64,000 nucleotides of DNA from Octopus vulgaris (GCA_951406725.2 OX597815.1:158534001-158598000); one strand, 5' to 3'. Counted from the first letter of the stretch, positions 12,479 to 26,061 are shown. Notes: a model not told the origin generated them from the letters alone. Numbers and translations: made by a program.

Positions 12479-13074
12479 AGATTTAGATATATCATGCCGG
12501 AAAATAGAACGAGGTGGTGACTCTGAAACGCATTTAATCATAAGTCATTCTGATAAAGATCTACCTATAGTTAAACAACAACGACAATTACATCCACAGA
12601 AGCAATAACAGAGTAGGTAGTGAATGAGTTCAAGAGGTTTGCTATTCTGGGGTAAAAGAAGGACTGAACAAAGGTGTTTAATATAGGATGTCTGGTGGGA
12701 GGTTACATAATACAGACAATGAAGAGAGAAAACTTGTGTATATGATGTGTGTATGGGTACAGGCTGTGAGCAGCTTGCTTGATCATGGAAGCAGCTATTA
12801 GGTTGTGATGGATAAAACGGGCAGCCAGAAGAAACAATGTAGCTGTGGTTTAGTTTAAGTGTATTGTATATTGATGAGTGAGTATTTTCTGATTATTCGG
12901 TCTTGACAATAAGTGATCTTTTGGTGGGGTACTGGCGTCATCTAAATGATTGCAGCTCTTGTTCAAAGCGTGGCAAGGCCAGGTGGTAGAGAATACAATT
13001 TTGATGGTGAGAATGCAAACTGGACGTGAGCTACACAGATTCATCGTTGTAAGCTGCATTTTCGTACACTTGTG

Positions 13075-13280
13075 TGTATGTATGTATGTATGTATGTATG
13101 TATGTATGTATATATGTATGTATGTATGTATGTATGCATGCATGCATGCATGCATGCATGTATATATGTATGTATGCATGCATGCATGTATGTATGTATG
13201 TATGCATGCATACATGCATGCATGTATGTATGTATATATGTATGTATGCATGCATACATGCATGCATGTATGTATGTATA
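13075..13280. repeat. (TATG)n/(CATG)n compound microsatellite
   Basis: Directly visible. Confidence 0.95.
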
Positions 13281-13693
13281 TGTTCATCTACTTATCTATC
13301 AATCCATACCTCTTTCCCTCCTACTCTCTCTCTATCTCATTCACTCACTCACACACTAACTCACTCACTCACTCACTCACTCACTCACTCACTATATCTC
13401 TTTCTCTTTGTGAGTTTTTTTTAAAGTACTTATGAAGCACCGAATGATACTCAAGTTTCATGTAACACAGTCAGATTAATGTCTTAGAGCGTTGCAAACA
13501 CACAGGTGTCCTTACGATAGAAATAATCCAATACCATGTGTCTTTTTTAAGTTCCAATGAGATTCATCCACCAGACATGCATGAAATTTGAGTAACATTC
13601 TATATTCCACAAGTACATTATAAAGAAGTATTTAACTCATCATTTGGTAATCGAGTACTCTTTACTGAGCAAATTTATACCCAGCATTATACT

Positions 13694-13759
<66 letters not shown>

Positions 13760-13898
13760 TATATATATATATATACACATATATATATATACACTTATAT
13801 ATATATATACACATATATATATATACACACATATATACATATATATATATATATATATACACATATATATATATATATACACATATATATATATACAC

Positions 13899-13929
<31 letters not shown>

Positions 13930-14046
13930 TATATATACATATATACACATACACATATATACGTACACACATACATTCATACATATATATTTATATTTAT
14001 ATATACATATATATATATATATACATATGTGTTTGTATGTATTAAG

Positions 14047-14345
14047 ATGGAGGCGCAATGGCCCAGTGGTTAGGGCAGCGGACTCGCGTTTGGAGTATCG
14101 TGGTTTCCATTCCCAGACCGGGCGTTGTGTGTGTTTATTAGGTGAAAACACCTAAAATCTCCACGAGGATCCGGCAGGGAGTGGAGGTGGCCCCTGTTGT
14201 ACTCTTTCGCCACAACTTTCTCTCTCTCTCTCCCTGTTTCTTGAGTAACGCTGCGATGGACTGGCGTCCCGTCCAGCTGGGGAGAACACATACGCTACAG
14301 AAACCGGGAAACCGGGCCCATGAGCCTGGCTAGGCTTGAAAAGGG
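14047..14345 (+). mobile_element. SINE family B
   Basis: Head GGAGGCGCAATGGCCCAGTGGTTAGG, V-like CTGCGATGGACTGGCGTCCCGTCCAG, and a tail shared with 558-600. Confidence 0.85.
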
Positions 14346-14597
14346 TGGAGAAAAATGCTTTTGAAGTTTGTATGTGTGACTGCTACTGTTAGTGCATGCG
14401 TCTAACAAAGAGTAAGCGTGAGGTTATGGTGTTTCACTCTTCCTTGTTCGTTGAAGCCGTCCATATGGTGAACAAACTGAGATAGGCGTAGAATGAGGCG
14501 AACAAACGATTGAGCAAAACTGTGTTGGACATTTTTTATCTTTCGTCAGTACACGCATGCGCGCGCTCACACATATACAAATATGCGCATTAAACAT

Positions 14598-14745
14598 AGG
14601 CAGAGGTATGGCTATGTCGTAAGAAGCTTGCTTTCCAACCATATAGTTCCCGGTTCAGTCTCACTGCGTGGCACTTTGGGCAAGCGTCTTCTACTATAAC
14701 CTCGGGCCGACCGAGGCCTTTTGAGTGAATTTGATAGAAGGAAAC
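14598..14745 (+). mobile_element. SINE family A, 5' half
   Basis: A/B boxes and the TTGGGCAAG motif. Confidence 0.8.
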
Positions 14746-14813
14746 ATAGATATATACATACACAGATGCATACATATATATGTGTGTATATATATACATG
14801 TGTATATATATAC

Positions 14814-14854
<41 letters not shown>

Positions 14855-14869
14855 TGTGTGTATGTGTGT

Positions 14870-15040
14870 ATTTTTTTCTCTCCTTGTTTCTCTCTTTGTT
14901 TTTTCTGTGTCCCTTTCTGTAGAAGAGCGTAGGCTCGAAACATAAAAGATCTTTTCTATTCCTGAGCGTTATACTAATACATCTATTTGTTTTGTACACC
15001 ACCTGTCTTCGTCTTTTGTTTTTTTTCGTAAACTCTCCTT
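14870..15040 (+). mobile_element. short PLE-like module with hammerhead-like motif (14913-14948)
   Basis: CTTT-CTGTAGA-A-GAGC-GTAG-GCTC-GAAAC-ATA-AAAG, flanked by microsatellites. Copies lie at 17586 and 29972. Confidence 0.7.
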
Positions 15041-15076
15041 ATGTATATATATCTATATAGATAGATAGATAGATAC

Positions 15077-15113
<37 letters not shown>

Positions 15114-15114
15114 C

Positions 15115-15180
<66 letters not shown>

Positions 15181-15464
15181 GCCAATGGATATCCGGGTAT
15201 TCGTTTGTGAACGAATCACAACAAATCACAATAAATGAGTGACAATGAATGAATACCTGACAATGTCGGAAAATATTTGAAAGATTAGCTTCAAAACGTT
15301 TTTCAATTTTGTAAAATCGCTTGTGAACAGAAGGGTTATTGCTCTCAAAAATTTGTTTACAAGATCTTCCATAACTATCACTCACAAAAAAATATAGAAT
15401 AAATCAATAAATATCTGAGTTAAACTGGCTATTCAAATATTCTTACATCACCATCATCATTAAA

Positions 15465-15506
<42 letters not shown>

Positions 15507-16263
15507 ATAACTTACCCTGTGTTTTTTATTCTGCTCTCCTTTTTGCTTTGTTGTTATCGTTTTGCTTCATACTGTCGTTGTTTTCTTCTTTACACCATGT
15601 TCATATAATTTTTATTACTTTTGTTTTCATCACTAGTCGAGCGTCCGTTCATTTCAAATCACTCCATAACAATAAAAAAAAATGAGTCTCATTAGCCTAA
15701 CATTGTTCTCTTACACAAGCTTTCATTTTGGTTTTAGCTTTTACCTTTTTACATAATTTCCGTTAATACCCGTTTAATACTAACCGTCTTTTAAACAGGT
15801 GAATTGGTCAGATCACGCAAAACTCTGCTTGTAAGACTTATATTGTTCTTTTTCTTTTCATTGTTTCTTTTTTTTTTGTGTGTGTGTTTTCGAAGCCATT
15901 AAGCTTCAAGAGTAAAGAAAATATGGTAAAGAAACAGTACGTAAAAGACAAAAAGAGAAAAATCTTGTTTTTGCGAATCGGTTATTCAAGACGATGACAA
16001 AATAGGGTAATTATATTTGTGATAGAAATAAAATTTATGAATACGGGTATTTTTGATAGAATGGAACCCGTTTTTGTCTTTTTTTTCTTTTAATCAGGTT
16101 TAGTATTACGTAGTAGGGATAATATTGTAAGAACACGGAGAAGAATATTGTATCTCATTAAAGCAACTTGTCATTCTAAGTTTTATTCCCTTAGCTGCTC
16201 TAAACAGGTATACATACAGACATACATAAATACATACATAAATGCACACAAATGTATATGTAA

Positions 16264-16305
<42 letters not shown>

Positions 16306-16359
16306 TTAAGTACATAGTATATATTATATATATATTTGTTTAGGTACATATATATGTAG

Positions 16360-16406
<47 letters not shown>

Positions 16407-16549
16407 TTTATACATATATATTATTGGTGTACATTTATGGATATGAGTATATGTGCATATATATAAATATGTATACATATATATATGTATATGCATATCT
16501 ATATGGATGTATATATATACAGATATACATATGTATATCTGTATATATG

Positions 16550-16580
<31 letters not shown>

Positions 16581-16611
16581 ACATATATACATACATGTAT
16601 GTATATGTATA

Positions 16612-16664
<53 letters not shown>

Positions 16665-16750
16665 ATGTATATATATATCTATATCTATATATATATATGT
16701 ATATATGTATATGTATATATATATCTATATCTATATATATATATATATGC

Positions 16751-16816
<66 letters not shown>

Positions 16817-16916
16817 GTATATATATGTATAAATGTACGTATGCATGTGTGTATGTTTGCATGCTTGTATATATGTATTAGGTATCTATGTATTGTGTGC
16901 GTGCAGCTTACATGCA

Positions 16917-16992
16917 CAGGGGTACTGAAATGAACTGAGTGGAAAAAATTTTAAGCCGCATTTAATTTTTTGCAGTTCATCCCAGTACCGCG
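16917..16992. mobile_element. tiny TIR/hairpin element
   Basis: GGTACTGAAATGAACTG...AAAAAATT pairs with AATTTTTT..CAGTTCATCCCAGTACC. Confidence 0.45.
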
Positions 16993-17585
16993 TAAAATGA
17001 AGAAAATATACGCATATATGCTACGTACACACACAAACACACATACACACACACACGTGCGCGCGTGAACCTATGAACACAGACACATACATACATGTAC
17101 AAATATATATATATATCTGTTTATGCGTGGAAGTATGTATAGCTATATTTATATACAAAAAATATATATATATTTAGTTATGTACGCTCATGCACACGCA
17201 CACTGATATACGCGCGCTCGCACACAAGATTACGCATATTTTCCTTTCTGTAGGTTGTGGATTAGAAGCTAACTGTTCATTTATTCAATCACTCCCATAA
17301 TATTTACACGCATAACGAAGCGCGCGCACACACACATATATTCGTTTGAGGTGAAATGCAAATGTATATGGAATTGAAAGAGTGGCAGAAAGAGATGGAC
17401 AGAGAAAGTTAAGGGGATAAGTGAGTGAAGAAAAGATGATACGGTGTGTGTATATTTGTATTTATGTGTATTTAGGTATATATAAAAGTATATCTGTCAG
17501 TTTATCTATCGACCTATCTGTCTATACATACACACTCACACACGTGCGCACACACACACACGTACGCATGTATATGTATGTATAT

Positions 17586-17810
17586 AGGGAGAGTTTACGA
17601 AAAAAACAACAAAAGACGAAGACCGGTGGTATACAAAACAAAAAGATGTATTAGTATAAAGCTCAGGAATAGAAAAAGTCTTTTACGTTTCGAGCTTACG
17701 CTCTTCTACAGAAAGGTACACAGAAAGAAACAAGGAGAGAAACAAGTAGAGAAAAAAAGGAGAGAAAAAAGGAGAGAAAAAAAAGGAGAGAAAAAAAGGA
17801 GAGAGAAAAA
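17586..17810 (-). mobile_element. short PLE-like module with hammerhead-like motif (17680-17715)
   Basis: Reverse complement of the 14870 family, retaining GAAAC-GTA-AAAG. Confidence 0.7.
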
Positions 17811-17832
17811 ATATATATACATATATATATTA

Positions 17833-17927
<95 letters not shown>

Positions 17928-18001
17928 TGAGGGAATATTATTCCAAACTTACAAGGAAAGATTCAATTCAAAAATACTAAATCAAATTTCACAAAATATA
18001 A

Positions 18002-18187
18002 TATATATAAATTAGAAAAAAAAACATCTTTTATCAATTCAATAATAAAAAATTAAATTATACCATTTAGAAAAATAACACATTATAATTTATATTATAA
18101 TATTATAATATGTAATTTTTCTAAATGGTATAATTTAATTTTTCGTTATTGAATGATAAAATGTGGTTCTTTTTCTATTTTATATAT
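18002..18187. repeat. long AT-rich imperfect palindrome
   Basis: AAAAATTAAATTATACCATTTAGAAAAAT is mirrored by ATTTTTCTAAATGGTATAATTTAATTTTT. Arms are about 90 bp. Confidence 0.85.
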
Positions 18188-18463
18188 AGCTTTTCATCTC
18201 ATGTTGCTCTGCGTTGACTTTGACACCTGACGTGTGTACACCGTTTACCTGTTCAGACGACGTCTATTTGATGCAAGGAATTAGCTAATGTAGAACACAT
18301 ACATTTGATCGCTATAAACAAATAATTTATGCAGCTCGTTCGCCAAAAATCTAAGCACTCATGCGTCGTCTTGGACGAGGGATTCTATTGTCATCATCAT
18401 CATCACGCTCATCACTCACACACACACACACACACGCACACACATACACACACACACACACGC

Positions 18464-18519
<56 letters not shown>

Positions 18520-18609
18520 GGGACCCTTCTAAATAAGTTTATCAACCTAATAGCACTTCATACAAATATATGGCTAACATGATTATTCAAAAAGGAGACC
18601 CAACAATTA

Positions 18610-19020
18610 CTCTCTTTTATACACTTTTACTTGTTTCAGTCGTTTGACTTTGGGCATGCTGGGGCACCGCCTTTAGTCAAGCAAATCGAACCCATGACTT
18701 ATTCTTTGTAAGCCTAGTACTTATTCTATCGTTTTCTTTTGCCGAACCGCTAAGTTACGGGGACGTAAACACACTAGCATCGTTGTCAAGCGATGTTGGG
18801 GGGACAAAGACAGACACACAAAGATATACACACACATATATTTACATATACATATATACGACGGACTTTTTCAGTTTCCGTCCACCAAATCCACTCACAG
18901 GGTTTTGGTCAGCCCGACCAAAGTAGTAGAAGACACTTGCCCAAGGTGCCATGCAGTGGGACTGAACCCGGAACCATGTGGTTCGTAAACAACTACTTAT
19001 CACACAGCCACACCTTCGCC
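18610..19020 (-). mobile_element. SINE family A, full length
   Basis: Collinear with 41660-42065. Confidence 0.9.
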
Positions 19021-19336
19021 TAATAATTCACTTTAATAATTAATCAATTAATCAATAATTACTTAATTAATTATAATTAAGTGCTTTGCAAATACAAGAA
19101 TTGTATAACAACGGATTTAAGTGCATTTATTGTAGAGTAAATTGAACATTTTTTGTCAAACGAATCAACCCCGTTCCATATTTTTAAAGTCTGGCATTTA
19201 ATCTATCGGTAGCTTTTTATTGAACGGTTATGTTATGGGTACGTAAACAAATCGACTCTGGTTGTAAAGCGCTGGTGGGGACAGACACAAACTCAAAGAC
19301 ATATATAAGCACACACATATATATACATATATGTAC

Positions 19337-19369
<33 letters not shown>

Positions 19370-19403
19370 TGTATGTATGTATGTATGTATGTATGTATGC
19401 ATG

Positions 19404-19452
<49 letters not shown>

Positions 19453-19597
19453 CAACGTGATCACCTTGAACACCGTGACCGACCAGGCTATCAGATGTTG
19501 CTACACATCGCTGGTCACAATGCGCTTCGCATTGTTTTAGCCTTCAAATGACACCACCCCGCTGGCTAAGCGAGCAGGCCATATATATATGTATATA

Positions 19598-19655
<58 letters not shown>

Positions 19656-19751
19656 CGCGTACATACATATATACATATACACACACATATATATAATATA
19701 TATATGTATTTGTATATAATGTGTGTGTACATACACACACACACACACACA

Positions 19752-19794
<43 letters not shown>

Positions 19795-19817
19795 ATATAT
19801 ATATATATATATATGTT

Positions 19818-19849
<32 letters not shown>

Positions 19850-19865
19850 TGTATGTATGTATGTT

Positions 19866-20295
19866 TATGATGCTCATCCATTCGTGACCGAGAAAGACCA
19901 TTGCTGACCTTTATGAACATTGTGCGCTCTATGACTAACTCATATTTTCCATTTGCGGCTCCGTTGGTGGTTAATGATCCATGCTCTTGTCAAGCATATG
20001 TGACTGCAAACATGGAAAACCAAACTTTCCCCAATCACTACACTAGCAGAGCGCTTTCGAGCAGCACGCTAAAATTCTTTATGCAGAATAGGTTTTCTCT
20101 CAAAGGTGTCGACACCCTCCTTAACTTACTTCCTCCACCTGTGGTGAAGGTAGGCATTGCGCTCCCAGTCGGTCTCCTGCATATCACAGGCATTTAATGT
20201 GGACTTGGCATAGTCCTTAAATCGCAGCTTTGATCTCTGCTCGGGTCTCTTTCCACTAACAAGTTCTCCATATGAAGGTTAGCAGGATCCCTAAA
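19866..20295 (-). mobile_element. RTE (BovB-like) LINE 3' fragment
   Basis: Homologous to 24797-25272, including the 3' UTR TCGTGACCGAG.AAGACCATTGC and a (CATA)n tail. Confidence 0.8.
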
Positions 20296-20304
20296 CAGGT
20301 ATAT

Positions 20305-20395
<91 letters not shown>

Positions 20396-20479
20396 CACAC
20401 ACACACACACACACACACAATCAAACACACACACACACACACATATATGTGTATGTATATATATATTTGTGTGTGTGTA

Positions 20480-20529
<50 letters not shown>

Positions 20530-20769
20530 ACAGGTTTCTTTCAGTGTGTGAATTCATCTTAAAATATTTCTACTCCATTATCAAATCAAAATTACTCGAA
20601 TACTTGGAAAATTCCTTTTCTTCGGACTACTGCTGAAAGATTTAAAGACAAAATTGAACAAAATAGGGTTTAGGCTCTGGCGCAAAGAGATGTCACGAAG
20701 TAACAGAACAGAAAAGCGTTTTTCCATTACTGTTCCGTGACGGTATTCGGGCCTATCTTTATCTATGGG

Positions 20770-21195
20770 CATGAATGTTTGGTAGTGACAACAAAAGCAG
20801 AATCGCAAATGCAAGCGGCCAAAATGGGGTTCCCTCGTGGGATCTCGGAGTGACGTTACTTTACCGGGTGCAAAGCTCAGATATTAGGGACTATCTCCAG
20901 GTGGAGGTGCTACATCTCCGCATTGAGAGGTACAGTTCCTAAACTACGGATATGTAATTATAATGTCATAGGAAATAACAGAAAAACGGATTCTTCAAGC
21001 TGAGTCAACTGGCAGGAGACCGAAGGGTAGACCAAGAACTGGATGGCTGGATAAAATCCATAACCTCAGTTGGTCACGCTTGCGAATCCAGTCGCAGAAT
21101 CTAATGACGGTTGCTTCTGACAGAATTCTGTGGAGGAGGTGGCTGAGGACTTGTACCCTACGACCCTTCCAAGAATAGTAGGCTAAAGGATAGTT
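20770..21195 (+). mobile_element. RTE (Expander/Rex3-like) LINE 3' fragment
   Basis: Translates as KRILQAESTGRRPKGRPRTGWLDKIHNLSWSRLRIQSQNLMTVASDRILWRRWLRTCTLRP. A homologue lies at 37140-37495. Confidence 0.75.
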
Positions 21196-21312
21196 GAATG
21201 CTTTAAGCTGTCGTGATATGTGGCGTGTCTTGGACAATTTTAAATCTAGCGACGCCCATCATTTTCCAGGTCTGACAACAGCCAATTTCTATCAGAAAGG
21301 AATACAAAGAGG

Positions 21313-21343
<31 letters not shown>

Positions 21344-21660
21344 AGAGAGAGAGAGAGAGAGAGAAAACGAGAAGAATCAATCCTAGATTATGGCTAGGAT
21401 TTTATTTATCGATCCCAGAGCATGGTTAGGATTTATCGATCCCGAGATGATGAAAATCAAAAATTATCTCGATTGCATTTGAATTCAGAGACCGATTTAA
21501 AATGAATTGAGACCGATTTAAAATGAGTTAAAGCCGATTCGCTCTTTGACCGTTTGTATATGCATAAATGAGGAGTTTGCTCTGACGGCTATCTTGTGCT
21601 TGATGTAAATAGCTATTTGTGATACGTTCCCTTCATAGGATGAAGAATCAGAGTACACGT

Positions 21661-21703
21661 GTATTCTGATGAGTGGTCAGTGAGCCGTGAAACATATCTG
21701 GAC
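21661..21703 (+). ncRNA. degenerate hammerhead motif
   Basis: CTGATGA-GTGG-TCAGTGAG-CCGT-GAAAC-AT-ATC. Stem I is poor. Confidence 0.45.
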
Positions 21704-21867
21704 AATCTCGGGTTTTTTTTTTCTTTGCTGAAAGAGAACAATAAAATATACTGACACCTTTTTAAAGTTGTACAACAAAAGGGTTAACTACAGTACTAAG
21801 GTAGCGAAATTATTTATATTCATCTTAGGTTTACTAATAACAGTTGCAGTGTGTATAAATCTGTCTG

Positions 21868-21949
<82 letters not shown>

Positions 21950-21951
<2 letters not shown>

Positions 21952-22185
21952 CTCCCCTTTTTTCCTCTTTTGTCTTCCTTTTTTATTTTTCCTTTCCTTT
22001 TTTTCTTTTCTTTTTTTTTTCTTTTTCCCCTTTTACGATCCCTTTTGATCGAAAACCTACGCCACTTTTTTTGTTTCTTTTGTTTTTTTGGGGTTTTTTT
22101 GGTTCTTTTCGTCCCACAAAAGAAAAGCTCTACCTTGTAATTTGTCTCATCTGTGTGCAGCCCTGTGTGGCCAATAAAGAAATTT
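21950..22185 (+). mobile_element. probable retroelement 3' end (AATAAA plus (ATCT)n tail)
   Basis: CTGTGTGCAGCCCTGTGTGGCCAATAAAGAAAT followed by (ATCT)n. A related sequence lies on the minus strand at 62023-62090. Confidence 0.5.
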
Positions 22186-22194
22186 ATCTATCTA

Positions 22195-22226
<32 letters not shown>

Positions 22227-23128
22227 CCTTATCTGTCTGTCTGTCTATTTATCTACCTTATCTGTCTGTATGTGTGTCTGATTGTCTGTCTGTCTGTATA
22301 TCTTACATATATACATATAGGTACGCAAAACACATATGTGTATATAATTGTGTATAGATGAGAAAAACATAACATGTGAAGTATGGAGCTATTGGTTTGA
22401 ACATCATGGCGCATTGCATAAGCGAGCAAAGTAGGGTTAAGCAGGGTTACGCTAGTAATTATATACAAACACGTTACAGGTTCGGAAATGTTATGAATTG
22501 TTTCGTGTTAATGCGTCTATCGTGAAGCACATAATTGGAAGTAGCATGTTTATATGGACATGGTAAATGACTCCGTTGTATACCTAGCTCAGAAAACAGA
22601 CGCCACAAACTAAGAAAAAAGAGCTGGATTTCTAAATTTTATACGTGGTATAACAACTCCCCTTTCTTTCATAAAGGCTCGTGCAATGCAGTTAAGTGGT
22701 CTTAGTGAAGCAATGGGCACCAGATGTATGTGTCAGTGTGTATTTAATAAGGTCTATCCACACATTGATTGAAATTTAAAGGCAGATCTTTTTACAGCTA
22801 AATGTTTCCACATTGAAGCTTAGTATCTAGATTATATTAGCAAATAATCTATTTTAAAGGAATGTCTAGCAACTGTTAAATATGTGTTATCTTTACATTA
22901 AAACTGTCTCTTATTTGAGGTGGTTCCATATTGAGGAAGTTAGCGCAGTTGGTTGGTGACATGTATGTTTGGTGATTTGTTCCAGAGGAAACTTTTTAAT
23001 AGTCTCCACCATCATCCAAAATGAGGAAATGAGTTTCAAAACAACCTCTTAAAATATATTTAGCTAGAGTAGGCACATATTAAAACTACCACCACCATCA
23101 CTATGAACAATGTGTGTGTGTCTATGAG

Positions 23129-23187
<59 letters not shown>

Positions 23188-24299
23188 ATATATATATATA
23201 TATATATACATGCATGCGTATATGTACATATAGTTTTGTATAGATGAAAAACATAATAGCATAAGGAACTTGAAGGAGGAATATATATTCGCTTAGAAAA
23301 AAATATGAAGCAAAAAAAACGCGGTAAATAACACATTCAGGTCAAAGGTGAGAACTTTTAAAAACCAGATCTTCTTCAGAAATTTCTATAGGGTATTTTT
23401 CTTTCTAAGAAGCTTATATAGTCTCGGTGAAATTCTTAGAAAGGAAAACAAGACGCCCCAGCTTCGTTTAACTTGACGCTTGAGTTAGACATACATTCTC
23501 ATCGGCTCATTACCTGATTGTTGGTAACTTAAACACAATAAACTATCCAAATAATAAAAAAAAAAATGAAATAAAAACTAAGAATAATGATGATAATTAT
23601 CATAAAACGGAAACAATGCGAAAAATAGCATAGATTGGTTTGTTTAATCTACTTTTGCATTCAGACGGGTCAGCCGGTTCCCGAATAAAATTGCCCTCAC
23701 TGAAAAAAAAAAAATAATAAAAAACAGAACCCAGTCTTATCTTACAAATAAAAAAAAAAACATAAATAAATAAAATAATAAAAGCGAAGCTAACATTTCT
23801 AATATTTCTTTCTTTCAACTCCCATCCAAGAACAGTGCGAATTTTTTTGTTTTTTAATAAAAGGGAGATGTATAGAGATTTAAATAGTTATCTGAGTTAA
23901 TGCATGTGGGAGAAGAGGAAGAGAAATATAGAATATGCGTGAGAAGGGTGAATGAATGTAAAATGTAGGAATAAAGATAAGCGTTTCTGTAAGTGTATGC
24001 GTATGTGTGTATATATGCATATATGTGTGTGTGTGTGTGTGTATGTACGCACACGGGTGTATATTCATATGTATTTGTGCGTATGTATATATATATATTT
24101 ATATATAAATATGATGCATGCATTTGTGTGAGTATGCGTATGTCTGTGTGTGCGTGTGTGTGTGTGCGCGTGTGTGTGTATGATTATATATATATATATA
24201 TATATACATATATATGTATGTATGGATCAAAACAGTTTGAGTCAAATTCGTTGGTACTCTTGAGTTTCAAGCATGATGCTAGTCGTCAGCCATTTTTAC

Positions 24300-24709
24300 A
24301 GTCTAAATAGGGGGGATCATCATGAGCTTCCTGGTGGACTTGCTCTGCCTAGCCTCTTGTGCCAGCGAAAACAGATGGTCAACTCATACAAGTTATTCCA
24401 TAAGCAATTCGGAGCATTTCGTAAATTTCTGTAGCGCGTTTACTCAGTTTAACATAAAACTTTATTGCATAGCGGACTTCCAAATTGGCTTCACGTCTCG
24501 CCTGCACTCTGCAAACTAGTCAGCTGTGACAAGCAGTGTTTGCTAGAGTATATTCCAAACGCTGCTACATCCTTCTCCTTCAGCGTGGAATAAAAAGTTG
24601 GCAGGTCAGCTTATCAGATGTATTGTAATGATATAATAAAATTACAGTAATCTGGGACAGTTATAACTGTCTCTCCTAAAGAAGTCTCAGAACTTCTGGA
24701 ATGCACCTC

Positions 24710-24710
<1 letters not shown>
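24300..24710 (-). mobile_element. mariner 5' fragment
   Basis: TIR-like TA|AGAGGTGCATTCCAGAAGTTCTGAGACT. The minus strand encodes EVRYAIKFYVKLSKRATEIYEMLRIAYGITCMS*PSVF/WHKR, the mariner N-terminal HTH. Confidence 0.75.
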
Positions 24711-24740
<30 letters not shown>

Positions 24741-24796
24741 CATACATACATACATACATACATACATACATACATACATGCATGCATACATACATA

Positions 24797-25272
24797 CATG
24801 ATGATGGCCGTCCACTCGTGACCGAGGAAGACCATTGCCGACCTTCAGGAACATTGTGCGCTCTAGGACTAACTTATATTTTGCATTTGCGGCTCCGTTG
24901 GTGGCTAATGAGCCCTGCTCTTGACAAGCATACACGACTGCAAACATTGCAGACCAAGCTTTTCCCATTCACTATACGAGCCGGGCGCTTTCGCGCAGCT
25001 CGCTTAAGTTCTTCATGCTGGATACGTGCTCTCTCAAAAGTGTCGATCCCCTCCTTAACCTGCTTCCTCCATCTGTGGCGATGACAGGCATTGTTCTCCC
25101 AGTCAGTGTCCTGCATATCAACGGCCTTTAACGAGGATTTGACACAGTCCTTAAATCGCAGCCTTGGTTTCTGCCGGAGTTTCCTTCCATTCACAAGTTC
25201 TCCATAGAGCATCTGCTTAGGAATCCTTCTATCCTCCATTCTAATAAGGTGTCCAGTCCAACGCAACCGATG
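24797..25272 (-). mobile_element. RTE (BovB-like) LINE, 5'-truncated
   Basis: ORF 24874-25332 reads RLRWTGHLIRMEDRRIPKQMLYGELVNG...KPRLRFKDCVK...W...R..WR...CNVCSRVCLSRAGLISHQR, the RTE C-terminus with a Zn finger. It has a short 3' UTR and sits in a (CATA)n tract. Confidence 0.92.
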
Positions 25273-25867
25273 ACATACATACATACATACATACATACAT
25301 ACATAATTAAATGCATACATATATACATACATACGTATGTATGTGTATGTATGTATCCTCTGGTTCAGGTGTTTGAGGAGTGTGGAATTATCTCTTAGCC
25401 ATTATTGTTCCTAGGTGTACTCTGACCCGATGTAGTAACACCTATCAGGCTCCTAGATGTGAGATAACTAGCACACATTTGTTGACATTTCATCTGCACG
25501 TGAATACACAGATATACCTTTGGGCCGTGTTAGGGTGCATAGTAAATATGCCAGGAGTGAGGGACCTCCTAGCTGTTGTCACAGCATCCTTCTAAGAGAG
25601 GGACACTAGTGTAAAACTTGCGGTTTTATGTAATTACTGGTCATCTTGCTTCGGTCTGTCGATAGGGACTAATTACAGAGACTCAGAGAGTGATACTTGT
25701 GTTCTACAAGTGAATATCACTATAATCTATAGACGTTCAGATGTCTCTTTATAGTGAGCTTATTTGTCATACCGTTTACTGAAAGTCCTCTGGCAATGGA
25801 AGACTGGCGACATGTGCAGGCCTACCCTATATATATATAATTTGAAACTGACTTGTATATTGGAAGT

Positions 25868-25910
25868 CCACCTGAAGATTGTCGATCAAGACAAGAAACA
25901 ATTGTAGTGG
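25868..25910 (+). ncRNA. minimal type-I hammerhead ribozyme, apparently intact
   Basis: CCAC-CTGAAGA-TTGTC-GATCAA-GACAA-GAAAC-AATT-GTA-GTGG. Stems I and II are perfectly paired, the core is canonical, stem III is palindromic, and the cleavage triplet is GUA. Confidence 0.85.
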
Positions 25911-26061
25911 CGGTTTTTTTGACTTTTTTAAGTCTTTCCTTGTTTGTTTTGCAAAATAGTGGTTTTGTCTCTAATAATATTATATAATATTTTACTATAA
26001 AATTGGATTTAATCCTAAATCTGATTTTTTCCCTGTAAATTTGGATTTATTCCCTAATATT

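Noticed and set aside
21389-21530. Short tandem duplications (ATGG.TAGGATTT...GATCCC; GAGACCGATTTAAAATGA)
   Set aside because: Ordinary slippage duplications within a decayed SINE-like sequence.
24874-25332. Possible host zinc-finger gene
   Set aside because: It is the RTE LINE C-terminus, and the start codon comes from a microsatellite.
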